Source: the human T2T-CHM13v2.0 reference genome, Homo sapiens
NCBI RefSeq assembly: GCF_009914755.1
Contig: NC_060929.1
Direction: 5' to 3' (one strand)
DNA length: 64,000 nucleotides
Positions within the stretch are counted from its first letter, which is position 1. Every line of letters begins with the position of its first letter. The notes beneath the pieces were generated by a model, which did no database searches, was not told the origin of the DNA, and saw only the letters and a program-made list of their open reading frames with translations. The translations under genes and the position numbers were made by a program. This document shows positions 12,250 to 24,923 of the stretch, piece by piece.

Positions 12250-13252
12250 CCATTTCACAAGTGAACATACTGAGGCATAGAGAGGCTATTTCCCTTGCTC
12301 AAGGTCACAACTATCAGTGTGCCCATGCTCTTAACCCACATCTATTTGGTGCCTGAAATCATACTCCTAATCATGACACCATGCTGCTTCATGTTACAGC
12401 AATAAATGCCAATAAATGCAAAGGGACCTGATATGCAGAAGCTGCCAAACAATGAAGTAAGTAGGATTCCTTAAAACACTTTTTAGTAATTCCTTTTAAA
12501 GTTCAAGGTAATTGTTGAATCAGTTAAGCTTTCTGGTTCTCAGAAACCTGGATTATACTTCAGGGAGACTTCATTGCACTTAAAGAGGTATGACTGCCTA
12601 ATATATAGTTAGATATGAGCAACACAGGTCACTGTAACAACTCAACATTTGTTAAGCACTTGACTATTGAAAGCGTGAAAATAAAAAGGATGTGGCTATT
12701 TCGAGAAGGAACATGCAGTCTCCCTACTCATGAGAATAGGATTTGTGGTCCACTTGGAGAGACAGGATTGTTCACTTGATGATAAACCATGGAGGGCAAG
12801 GAGTACAAGGTCCTCAATGAGTGATGCAGACAAGAAGCTCCAGGAATGGGTAGGTTAAGGCCAGGAATGTGGTCAAGATGCTTAACGAAAGGCTTAGAGC
12901 TTGATGTGGGCCTTGAAGAGGGGCAACTGGTCAAGGCAGGGGACATTCTGAGCAGGAGAAAGAGAATGAATATAATTCTTGGGGTAGGAATATGCATCTG
13001 GGGCTCTTGCGTGCTTGCAAAAGGGGTCTTATCAAGGAGTGGAGAGAGACAGGTAGTATAGAGCTAGCTCATGGAAGAACTGGACTGTCAGGCTAAGGAA
13101 TGGAAATATCTTTCAGGCAATAGAGAATTACTTACATCAAGGTCTGTGGTATTATATGATCTTATTTGACTTCTAATAAGAATGAAAACACCTCCAGTCA
13201 ACACAATCATTCAGTGGCAAGTCAAAACGTTTTGAACATTGCAGAAGATGCT

Positions 13253-13550
13253 TCTTTTTCTTCTCCTCCTCTTCCTCCTCCTCCTCTTCCTCCCCTTCCC
13301 CTTCTGGTTCCTCCTCCTTGTCCTCTTTCTCCTCTTCTTCCTCACCTTCCTCCTCCTCCTCCCCTTCCCCTTCCCCTTTCTCGTCCTCTTCCTCCTCCTC
13401 TTCTTCCCCCCTTCTTCCTCCCCTTCTCCTCTCCTCCTCCTTCCTCCTCCTCCCCTTCCCCTTCCCCTTCCTCCTCCTCCTCCTCCACCTCCTCTTCTTC
13501 CTCCCCTTCTCCTCTCCTCCTCCTCCTTCTCTTCTTCCTCCTCCTCCTCT
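13253..13550. repeat. ~300-bp C/T-rich low-complexity tract (CCT/CTT/CCCCTT)
   Basis: Almost purely pyrimidine on the + strand, adjoining the tail of a minus-strand Alu. Confidence 0.95.
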
Positions 13551-13846
13551 TTGTTTTGTTCTGAGACTCAGTCTCACTCTGTTGCTCAGTCTGGAGTACA
13601 GTGGCACAATCTTGGCTCACTGCAACCTCCGTCTCCCAGGTTCAAGTGATTGTCCCTGCCTCAGCCTCCGAGTAGCTGGGATTACAGGCACACACCACCA
13701 CATCTGGCTAATTTTTATATTTTTAGTAGAGACGGGGTTTCACCATGCTGATCAGGCTGGTCTTGAACTCCTGATCTCAGGCCATCCACCCATCTTGGCC
13801 TCCCAAAGTGCTGGGACTGCAGACATGAGCTACCATGCCCAGTCCT
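13551..13846 (-). mobile_element. Alu (AluS-like)
   Basis: 'gagactcagtctcactctgttgctcagtctggagtacagtgg...cctcccaaagtgctggga'. Confidence 0.95.
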
Positions 13847-13859
13847 CATCATCTTCTTT

Positions 13860-14268
13860 ACCTCCAGCACTTACACCTTTCTGGAGATTTTCTGGCCAGG
13901 GAATGGGCTGTTCCCCCAGTGCCAGCCTTGGGCAGGATGAAAATACCTAGGAGTGATGCCCTGGGAGTAGCTTTCAGCCAACGAAGGTTGGCAGGTGCCT
14001 GGACAAATACCCCAACCTCCTCACCCCTCAGTGGAAGCAACTCTGAGTTGTGGATTCTCCACCGTCTCCAAATGCTCCCCAGAGAACTGAACCCTAGTTG
14101 CCAACAACAGGACTTGCTTGGTAACACAGCCTTTATTCACTGCCTTTCCTTCCCTATCTCCCTTCCCACTCCTCTACGGAGATTTCCTGGGATCACCTCC
14201 CAGTGAAACTATTTGTACTTTAATCTTTGTCTCAGGTTCTGCTTCTAGGAGAATCCAAATTAAGATAG
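13860..14268 (+). mobile_element. LTR16-like (ERVL) solo LTR
   Basis: 3' end 'ttcctgggatcacctccc...tgtctcaggttctgcttctaggagaatccaaattaagata' is typical of LTR16. Confidence 0.75.
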
Positions 14269-14580
14269 TTATTTTTTTCAAAATAGCAGACTCTTTTTTA
14301 ACCAGCCTGCCACCAAACCTTTAAAAAACCCAAACAGTGAATTTGGCCTCTGGAAGCAGCATGACTACCTGACAGGCATGTGTAGCATTTTTACCTTCTC
14401 TGCCTGTATATAACTTCTGACATGTACAAGTTAGGTTTAGCACTATATCAGAGTGAATTATGCTTGACACTGTGCTAAGGAAGAAAAAGAAGAGAAATAA
14501 CAGTAAATAAATATTGACCACAGAGCTTTCACAGAATCAGGCACTTTTCACATATAATAATCTATGTAAATCTCATAACC

Positions 14581-15041
14581 TTACAACACAGATGGAACTG
14601 GAGGTCATTATGTTAAGTGAAATAAGCCAGGCACAGAAAGGCAAATATTAGGTGTTCTCATTTATTTTGGAGATATAAAAATCAAAACAATTGAACTCAT
14701 TGACATAGAGAGTTGAAGGATAGTTACCAGAGGCTAGGAAGGGTAGTGGGAGGACTGGGGGAGGTGGGAATTGTTAATAGGTACCCCAAAAAAATAGAAA
14801 GAATGGATAACACCTACTATTTGATAGGACAATAGGGTGACTATAGTCAATAATAACTTAGTTGCATATTTTAAAATAACTTAAAGAGTGTAATTGGATT
14901 GTTTGTTACTCAAAGGATAAATGCTTGGGGAGACAGATACCTCATTCTCCATGATGTTATTTCACATTGCATGCCTATATAAAAGACTCATATACCCCAT
15001 AAATATTTATACCTACTATGTACCCACAAAAATTAAAAATA
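14581..15041 (+). mobile_element. L1MA 3' end
   Basis: 'gatggaactggaggtcattatgttaagtgaaataagccaggcacagaaag...tgtacccacaaaaattaaaaat'. Probable TSD aaat(c/t)tcataac at 14568-14579 and 15042-15053. Confidence 0.88.
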
Positions 15042-17337
15042 AAATTTCATAACTTCTGAAGTAGAAGTTATTGCCTTATTTTTCAGCTGAAGATATTATT
15101 ATACTATAAAGCCATGGAGGGTGAGGATTGTATTTTACCTGCCATTTTATCCAGTTTTCAGCACAGAGCCTGGCAAATAGTTAAATCCTAAGAAATATTT
15201 ATTTGGCAAGTGAACAAATAATATGTTAAGTAGCTTGTCTAAGGTCACAGAACCAGTTATTCGCAGAGCTGGGATTGCACTACCTTGTGATACTCAAGGA
15301 AAAGTAACCTTCTATTGATTGTTCCAGGCAACACTACAACACTTTGGTAAATACAACGATTGCAGACAAATTTCTTTTTGGTGTGTCCAAAAGAAATAAA
15401 CAGGGGCTTTATATTCTTTTTCCTATACATTATGTAATTTATAGGCTATTGAACAGAATGATAGTTGCATACGTATTTTTATTTCAATGACAATTTGGTG
15501 TGACTTTTTAATTCAGCAAATGTTATATCTTCGTGAAAGATGTAGGCTCTAAGGGGGAAAAAGCTCCAAGTTTAGAAATATGAGGAAGAACTTACTCATC
15601 ACAAAGATTTCTGGCACAAAACAGACCTAATGGTTTTTCTACTCTATGGCCCATGCCGCTTGTGTGTGTGAGAAGCTATAGTCTGTCCCTCATGAGTGGC
15701 TCTTCTTTGCACATCATCCACCACTCAGACTGTTGCTATTAATCAAAACAAAAAGGACTAACTCTTGAATGATGGAATTTTGGGAGCTTGTGGTAGATAA
15801 CAAGAGTGATAGATATCCCAAGTGGAAGCAGAAGTCAGATAACAAGAGGGAAGAAGAGTTACACCACAGAGTGGATATGCAGAAGAACAAGCATATTTCC
15901 CAAATCCATCATAACCAGCACATTTTTGTAACTGGAAACAAATGCACTTCCAATATGAACATGTTTCAGTTCACAGGGTAGTACGTATGTGAAGCGAGCT
16001 GTGAGATCTGATATTTGTTGCATAATGAGCTTTTACTCCCTGCCTGATGCCCTGAAGTTTTAAACATTCCGGCAGAATTCATGATTTCTTGACTTGGTAA
16101 TTTTTTCTCTCATATCCAAATGGGATTCCCTCCATCTCCAAAGTTGTTGAATGGAACTGTAAGTGAGAATTTAAACTTGTGATCCCAAAGCTTAGTATGG
16201 AATACTCTGTTTGGATTGGTTTACTCTTTTTGCTCAACATGAGAACAGTGTACAAGTTACTGACTGGATAGCATGATGATCCAGATTGTCTAGAGCAAGA
16301 AAGGCTAGATCAGAGAGAAAAAAACATCCTTTCTGCTGTTCAGGTTGGTCACCGGGCCCTCCCCTATCGGTGTGTTTCAGATCCTCTGTTTTTCTTCTCT
16401 GGACAGTGTTTTTCTACCTTATGCTTCTGTTTACTTATTTGCTTCTTTTGCTTTGTGATGAGAATCAAAATTGTCTATGCAGCTGGCTGTCTTCATCAAT
16501 ATAACTTTACTATTAAATGCAATTCTTTCCCAGGAAGATAAAAATTTCAAATAATATTATTGCTGGTTCCCGTAACTTCCCCAAAGATCCATGAACTCTT
16601 CTATAGAATGCATCCTAAACCTTGTTCTCTTAAAATTCTCACCTAGCTGTCTGCAACAATCCTAAATTATTTTATCATAACCCTGCTCTCATCCTAATTA
16701 AACTCCTCTCCATCATCAAAAGAACCTACCTTAAACCAGACTTTGAAATGTCAATCAGTATCCTGACTGTTAATAAGGCTTTGTTGATGTTCTTTCTTAG
16801 TAGGTAAACAATACACTCAGCTTTGTCTTATCCACAGGCTGTTGTAGTGATATTTTGGACAGCAAGCATTTGACTTTGACAATTGTGTACAGCATTCTCA
16901 TTGTCTTTCTGCTTTGGTATAATTTACTCTCTGCCAAATTCTGTATTTCAAACCCCCAATTCCCAAAGTGTAAGAGTTTGATAAGTTTTGGTTAACTGCT
17001 GTCATACCTGTTGGACAAAGCTGAAGTATATGGCCTCTTTCTGGACTAATGGTCAGCTCAGAGATTCATTGCCTTTGGGTATGGTCTCTCTGCTAGACCA
17101 AAACATAGGTGGGTGGTAGAGATATGCAGTAAAACACATGGCCATAGAAGTTAAAGGAATTGACTACGTCACTTTCTTAAGTAAGAATCTATGGACAGGA
17201 ACTCTTAGAAGGGGGCTAAGGGCACAGAAGGCATTCTGAGAGTAAACGCTGGTGAAGTTATACAGGTGGAGAGCATTATCTAGGAGCTGAGAACAAGGAT
17301 GTGGTACTGACTTCATGGTTTAAAGGTTGGGCCCTCC

Positions 17338-18730
17338 TTTTTTGGTCACTGATTTTGGATTCTTGTTTTCCTTTCAAGAACAAAAGTTTCTCTAGAATCC
17401 TTCAGTCACCAATCAAATAATCAGGCAGGAGAAAAACTTTAGATGGGAGTCTTGTCATCAAAAATAAATGCAGTTGCATGGAGCTGCCTAAGATCTGAAC
17501 CAAACTAAAAATAGGAAGGCAGAGGCTAAAAAGCTATTTTAAGAAACCCCCCCAACCACAGCCACCCAGTGGGCTAAGCGGGGAACAGGAAGCATGTCTG
17601 GTCACACCATCTTGGAATAAGAAGCCATGGCTGGCTGGATTGGATCCTCTGATAGTGCATGTGGACCTGAACTTGAACATGATGCCAGCACTGCATAGGG
17701 AGTGGGTGGTGGGGGGTGGGTGGGAGGAACTGCCCTCACTCCTGCAGCTCCTTCATTCTGTTGAGGGCACTGCCGGTGTGGAACCACTCAATCTGCGTCT
17801 CCTTGAAGGTGCGGTTCAGGAGGATGGTCTCTTGGGTCCCGTTGGGGTGCTTGATGATGCACTTCAGGGACTTGCCAGGCGAGACGTTCTTCAGGCCCTG
17901 AATGGTCAGCTTGTCCACAGGGTGAATCTTATTGTAATGGGCTGGGTCAGCGAAGGTCAGGGTCAGCAGGCCCTGCAGGCCCTGGTCTCGTGGATCCTGG
18001 CAAAGCTCTTGGTGATGATGGCCCGGCCCCTGAGGAGGTGATGCTCCAGTGCTGTGTGCTCCCCGTGCGAGTCCTCGCGGTAGTTCTCATCCCTAATCAC
18101 CACCCACCTGATGCCATGTTTCTTGTAGTAGCGGGCAGTGTCAGGGATGGGGCCAAACTCCTGGGTGAGGGCATTGTGCACGGAGTTGGCCTTGCTGTTT
18201 TCAATGTTCATGGCACCAATGAGCAAGTTGTTGGAGATGTACTCCAAGTGCCCGTGGAACTTGAGCCAGGGGCCAGCAGCCGAGATGTGGTCAGTGGGAC
18301 ACTTCCCTTTGACTTTGATGAGGATCTGCAGGTCCTCCAGGTCCTTGCCATCCCACTTGTCAAAAGGCTCCACGAGCTGCAGGTGCTGGCTGGTGGAGCT
18401 CACATCCACATGCTGCCTGCTGCTGTCCTTTGGGGGGTGCTGGTAGGTGTCCTGCCCTGGGTCAAACTGCGCTTGGGGAAGCTCATATTGCGTCTGGAGC
18501 CTCCAGCTTGAACTTCTTGCCATCCTTGCCCATAAGGCAGTCGGTCTCTGGGTTGAACTTAGGGTTCTTGCAATGGCCAGGGCTGTGACAATCTCTGGGG
18601 AGATGATTGAAGGCATGGTCTTGGGGTTTGTGTCATTGCGGCCCGTGAAGTTCCTGTTGTAGGAGGTGACAATTGTGTTCTTCTCCCCCTTCTTGATGTT
18701 TTTCCTGTCCCACTGGCCAATGCGGGGGCC
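17338..18730 (-). pseudogene. ACO2 (retrocopy): 5'-truncated processed pseudogene of mitochondrial aconitase (C-terminal ~330 codons plus 3'UTR)
   Basis: Reads [33 protein letters not shown]...[20 protein letters not shown]...KSFARIHET, then DKLTIQGLK...[11 protein letters not shown]. Intronless with frameshifts. T-run at 17338-17343. TSD-like gggccc(t)cctttt at 17329-17341 and 18726-18737. Confidence 0.95.
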
Positions 18731-19624
18731 CCCTTTTATCTGTTGGTAAACAGCAATGGATATACCCAGCAAAGAACAGAGGGTATAAAATATTTGAGGC
18801 TCTCTAGCATTTTGTTTCAGAAGCTCATGGTATCTACCAAGCTCGTGCCAAGGATTGTTGTGAAGATTTAATAAACAAATATATAGCAGGGTTTTTTTTT
18901 TTAAGCCTGTAAAGTCTAAAATGGATCCAATATCATCAATTTGTTTATTCATTCATTCATTCATTCAAGAAACAATCATCTAAAGTTTACTGTATGTTAG
19001 AAATTGTAGTAGGCTCCAGGAATACAAACACAAATGCACCCATTCAAAAAGCTCATGGTCTAGTGGAAGAAACAGATAGAAGAGATCATCGAAAACTGAA
19101 TATATGACTCAATAAAGGAATGTATGAAGTTTTATAAGAACATAGATAAATGATATATATTAAAAATATGTATAGTTTACATATATTTTACTAACTTCTA
19201 TATTGTCCTGTGAAATATATATTATTTTCCCTCTTTCACATTTAAATAACTGAATTTAAGGAGGACCAAATAATGCAGGCCATAAGTGATAGATCTGGTA
19301 CTCAAAGCTAAATATTCTCATTCAAAATCTAGTCCTTTCCCCCCAGTCTATCAAGCTGCTTAATTAACTCAGCTGTTATTATGCTCAATGGATAGGAAAT
19401 TTATAAAACAAGACAAATAAGTGTAAGTGGCTAATTTTAATTTTAAAATTAATAAAATTAAATAAAAAAATTGAATTTGTCATTTTTCTCAGTTTATACA
19501 ACTCATAAAAAGTAAAGTAAGAAATATAGCAACTGCTATAGGCAATAGTGAATAGAAGTAAGTAGTCTCATTTACTAAAGGTGAGAATGTAAATCAGTAT
19601 AACCTTTCTGGAAGGCAAATAGTT

Positions 19625-20010
19625 ATGGCAGAGACTGCACTTTGTGTTAATCAAAACATTTCCTCACCCTGGGAATAAAAGAAGACTGTCTTTCCCAGGT
19701 TCCCTAGCAGTTCAGTTGGAAATTATGTGACTTTAGTCAATAAATACAGGCAAAAGTAACATATGCCATTTATAGACCTAAGTCCAAAGATCACTCAGAG
19801 TGACACTTCAGCTCTGTCTTCTCTTCCATGGCAATTTAGGAACCACATGTTTGAAGCAACCCAGATCCCAAAATCATCACATGGAGAAGAGCCACCAAAG
19901 AGAGCCACCTGGCCCACATTGGACAGTGACTAGAGCAAGAAATAAACCTTTGATGTGTTAAGCACTGAGCATAGGGAATTGAATTGTTACCACAACAGAA
20001 CATATCAACT
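19625..20010 (+). mobile_element. Old MaLR LTR (MLT1H/I/J-like)
   Basis: 'gagcaagaaataaacctttgatgtgttaagcactgag...ttgttaccacaaca'. Confidence 0.6.
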
Positions 20011-20116
20011 AATGGAAATAACAAAATATTTTATCCCCATTTTACAGATGAGGCTACTGAGGCACAGAGGGATAAGTAACTTGCCCGTGGTCACAAAGCA
20101 AACAAATAGCTGAGCT

Positions 20117-21484
20117 TTGATACTGGCATAAAAATAGGCATGTAGACCAATAGAACCAAATAGATGACCTAGAAATAAAGACAAATACTTGCAGCCAACT
20201 GATCTTCGACAAAGCATACAATAACATGAAGTGGAGAAAGGACACCCTATTTAATAAATGGTGCTGGGAAAACTGGCAAGCCACATGTAGAAGAATGAAA
20301 CTGGATCCCAATCTTTCACCTCATGCAAAAATCAACTCGAGAAGGATCAAAGACTTAGTTAAATCTAAGACCTGAAACCATAAAAATTCTAGAAGATAAC
20401 ATCAGAAAAGCTCTCTGGACATTGGCTTAGGCAAAGAATTAATGACTAAGACCCCAAAAGCAAATGCAACAAAAACAACAACAACAAAACAGGACCTAAT
20501 TAAACTAAGAAGCTCTGCACAGCAAAAGAAATAATCAGCAGAGTAAACAGACAACCAACACAGTGGAGAAAATATCTGCAAACTATGCATCTGACAAAGG
20601 ACTAGTATCCACACTCTATGAGAAACTCAAACAAATCAGCATAAAAAAAATCCCATCTAAAAGCGGGCAAATGACATAAATAGACAATTCTCAAAAGAAG
20701 ATATACAAATAGCCAACAAACCTGAAAAAATGCTCAATAACGCTAATCATCAGGGAAATGAAAATTAAAACCACAATGAAATACCACCTTACTCCTGCAA
20801 GAATGGCCATAAAAAGTCAAAAAACAATAGATACTGTCATGGATGTGGTAAAAAGGGCACACTTTTTACACTGTTGCTAGGAATGTAAATCAGTACAACC
20901 ACTATGGAAAACAGTATGGAGAGTCCTTAAAGAACTAAAAGTAGATCTACCATTCGAACCAGCAATCTCACTACTGGGTGTCTACCTAAAGGAAAAGAGT
21001 CATTATAAGAAAAGTACACATGCGCATGCATGTTTATAGCAACACATTTCACAATTGCAAAGATATGGAACCAACCTAAGTGGCCTTTGACCAATGAGTG
21101 GCTAAAGAAAATGTGGTATATATACACCATAGAATACTACTCAGCAATAAAAAGGAATAAAAGAATGTCTTTTGCAGCAACTTGGATGGGGCTAGAGGCC
21201 ATTATTCTAAGTGAAATAACTCAGGAATGGAAAACCAAATATCATATGTTCTCCCTTAGAAGTGGGAGCTAAACTATGAGGATACAAAGGCATAAGAGTG
21301 ATATACTGGACTTTGGGGACTTGGGGGAAGTTTGGGAGGGGGATGAGGGATAAAATATTACATATCAGGTGCAGTGTACACTGCTCATGTTACAGGTGCA
21401 CTAAAATCTCAGGAATCACCACTAAAGTACATATCCATGTAACCAAAAACCATCTGTACCCCAAAAACTATTGAAATAAAAAAA
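20117..21484 (+). mobile_element. L1PB 3' portion (ORF2 end plus 3'UTR), inserted in a MIR
   Basis: ORF2 remnants (MFIATHFTIAKIWNQPKWP...). 3' end 'ctgtaccccaaaaactattgaaataaaaaaa'. TSD aaat(a/t)gctgagct at 20104-20116 and 21547-21559. Confidence 0.92.
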
Positions 21485-23238
21485 TATTCATTTCAAAATG
21501 TATTTCTTAGTCAAACCTTTTGTCTTATACAATAAAAATAAATAAAAAATTGCTGAGCTAAAATAAGAAACCTACTCCAGATCACATAGCTAATAAATGT
21601 CAAGCCCATGCCATTGACTCTAGAATCTACATCTTACATCTTAACTATCACATATGCTGCCTTTCTTAAATAAATTATGGTATCTATAACATACTATGCA
21701 GCCCTTAATATATGACAAAGTGGTATTTTAACTCACTGGGCAAAGGTTGGGTTATTTAATAAATGATGCTACCCCAATTGACTGTCTGGAGGAAATTAAA
21801 ATTAGGCCTTTCTTTGAAAATTTATACATATATATATATATTCAAAATGAGTAAAGAAGTTTGATCATAAAAATAAAATAGGAAAAATCGAACAGACTAT
21901 GTGTACAATCTAGGAATGGGGGAGACCTTCCAAATCAAGATGGGATATCTAGAAGCTAGTACAAAACAAAAGGATGTTTTGAAGAATATTAAATGAAATA
22001 AATTGTTCATTAAATAATGAAAAATACAGTATACAAAACACCCTAGGAAATAAAATTATTGAATCATAAAAAGTTATGGTTATTTAATATGAGTTTTCAT
22101 AGCCCTCACCTGCCTATAGATACTAAGGGGTTTACACTATTAGTAAAAACACTTATTTCTCTGGTCCTACCTCTTTCCTATGTTATATGGAACCACAGCT
22201 CTTTACAAAACATGCTCCAAATAAATCCCCCAGTCCTGGAGCTGGGAAGTTCTAAAATGTGCTCACCAGCACGTCTGTTCCCAGTGGGCAGTAAGGCCGG
22301 ACTTCTGTGCCATCAGGCTCAGCACAGAGGCACTTGAGCACCTCTGACCCCAGGAAAGAATCCCTCTCTTAGTTTTGTCATAATGTGAGAGAGGGTCTTA
22401 AGGTAGTTGCCTTGGCCCCAGTGTGTAAACAGTGTAGTGAAATTACTTTTACGATATTTAATCACATTTCCCAATACCCTCATAGGACTCAGATAGTAAT
22501 GGAACGGGCCAGTACCATACACCATATAGGTAGCTGGCAGAATTAGGTCAAACTTCTCATGGGCACTCCTTCAGGACAGTTCCCTTCCAATCTCCATACA
22601 CATAGAGTGCTGGAGGGTGGCCCTTGGGATTGAACAGATATGTCCCAGGGACATCTGAGTCACCTGAGGACTCAAGTGCTCAAACTCTGCTTGTATTTGG
22701 TGATTAGCACCAGGCTAATCGCAGTATCATGGGGATGGAGAGGGAGAGTTCCTCTTTAATATTTTCTATATTATGTTCATTTAAAAAATAAATATTTTTA
22801 TAATCTTAAAAGATTTTTTTAAAAAACAAAAAAAAGCACAAAGAACATAGATTCTTAGAGTAAGCAATTTAAAAAAATTATAGAATCTACCTCTATGCAG
22901 ATTTTTAAAGTAAGATGGTTTATCATCTACCTGCAATGTGACCCTGGAAATGAGCTGGACAACAAGTTAATCTTAGGTTTCCATGAATCACTTGGGTTTC
23001 GTTGGACTTTCTCTTTCTTTGACTCATATTTAAACCAGAGACAGTAGGAGTCTATAAAAATTATTGAACATTGAAACACTAACATCTGAACTTTTTTAAA
23101 GTTTCAGGTTGAAATGGCTTCTGTTAAGATCTCACTTAACTGCGGTTGATAGAAAATGGCAATATTCAATCAAAGTTATATATAAATTAGGAAAAGAATT
23201 AGAAGCCGGGGTAGCTTGACACAGATATAAATTCTCAC

Positions 23239-23341
23239 TGAGCTTACCCAAACTCTCATCTGCTCCAAGGCTTACCCAAACTCTCATCTGCTTACCCAAA
23301 CTCTCATCTTTGAGCTTACCCAAACTCTCATCTGCTCCAAG
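23239..23341. repeat. Four exact copies of 20-mer gcttacccaaactctcatct with variable spacing
   Basis: Copies start at 23242, 23270, 23290 and 23314. Confidence 0.92.
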
Positions 23342-24261
23342 CTGTATAGAAGTTTCTTTCAGAGTTATTTCAGTTCATTTCAATGAAAAAATTATCAAAT
23401 ATAATAAAACATTTTTGGAAAGACAGGAGGGATTTGGGACATTACAATTGGTATTAAAAGAACTAATGAGCTTTGCTACTGATAAAGTATTTCTTGCATT
23501 CTTTTTTGGTTCAAAGAGTGATACCCAATTATTAATTCTTAAGCACATAAATCTTTTCCATTTTTGTTTTTCCTGCTCGGTGCCTGAATTTTCTTGGCTA
23601 CTACTGAAATGTGTTGAATAGGCTGATTCTACTTTTTATCTGCATATTCTATGGATCTAGTGGCTCTGAATCCAAGCCACTATAATAATGATGGAAACAA
23701 AATATTTCTGATGAACATATAACCAGATATTGCTGACAAATAGAAAAAAGAACAGGCTGATGGGGGCCAGACTGTGCATATGATCTGTATTCCTGCCAAA
23801 CTGCATGTATGCACAGCCACACAAAGACAAAATCCTTTGGTAAACACTCACAGTTGAGGAATAGGGTACAACATTTTAATATATTAACCATTTGAAAAAA
23901 TTCCCGTTCCTTTTAATCTCTTGTATACTCTCACCATTCAAACTAGACTAGAGGTATCAATTTCCTCTGGAAGGAATATTACAGCAGAGAAAACAAATAG
24001 AAACCACTTCTCAAGTTTGAGGTTCAGAATGGGCTCTTGAGCCTCTTTACTATTTGGCGGAAGAAGATTTGACTGCAAAAGCCTGAATTTTGAATATGAA
24101 AATCTAAGATTCTAGAGGACTCGAGGCATAATTTTTTCCATTAATGTATGAGATTATGTGTAATGCAGGTGGATATCAGTGCATGATTTTCCTGTTGGAG
24201 AGGAGCTATGGATCCTATAGATTGAGAGCTGGAAGGGGCTATGGTTTAAATGTGTTCCCTA

Positions 24262-24923
24262 CCCTATGTTCATTGCAGCATTATTCATAATAGCCGAAAT
24301 ATGGAAACAACCCAAATGTCCATCGACAGATGAATGGATACAGAAAGTGTGATATAAACATACAATGGAATATTATTCAGCCTTAAAAAATACAAGGAAA
24401 TCCTGCCATTTTTGATAACATATGTGAACCTAGAGGACATTATGCTAAGTGAAATAAGCCAGTCTCAGAAGGACAAATACTATATGAATCCAGTTATATG
24501 AAGTATCTAAAATGGTCAAACCCATACAAGCAGAGATTAGAATGGTGATTGCTACGGGATGGGGGGAGGGGGAAATGGGAAATTATTTTTCAATGGGTAT
24601 GAAGTTTCTATTACACAAGATGAGAAAGTACTAGATATCTGCTGTACAACATAGTACATAGGTTTAACAATATGGTATTGCATACTTCTAAATGGAAGAG
24701 GATAATCTCATGTTGTGTTCTTACCAAACAAACAATAACAACAAACCCCCCAAACCCCACAAAAGAACATAAAGACATTTTTGAAGGTTATGGATATGTT
24801 TAGTGCCTTGGTTGTGATGATGGTTTCATGGGTGTAGTCACATTTCCAAACTCAGCAAGAGGTACACATGAAATGTGTGCAATTTTTGGTACATCAGTTA
24901 TACCTCAATAAAGCTAAAAAAAA
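24262..24923 (+). mobile_element. L1MA/MB 3' end
   Basis: 'atgttcattgcagcattattcataatagcc', 'gaacctagaggacattatgctaagtgaaataagccag', 'tatacctcaataaagct'. Confidence 0.85.

Noticed and set aside
13166-13950. Several long Pro/Ser/Glu/Arg-rich ORFs
   Set aside because: Artefacts of a stop-poor low-complexity tract plus an Alu.
17640-18662. Plus-strand ORFs over the ACO2 copy
   Set aside because: Antisense shadows of a GC-rich coding sequence.
23239-23341. CRISPR-like repeat/spacer look
   Set aside because: Primate DNA, spacers of 0-8 nt copied from the flanks, and no cas genes.
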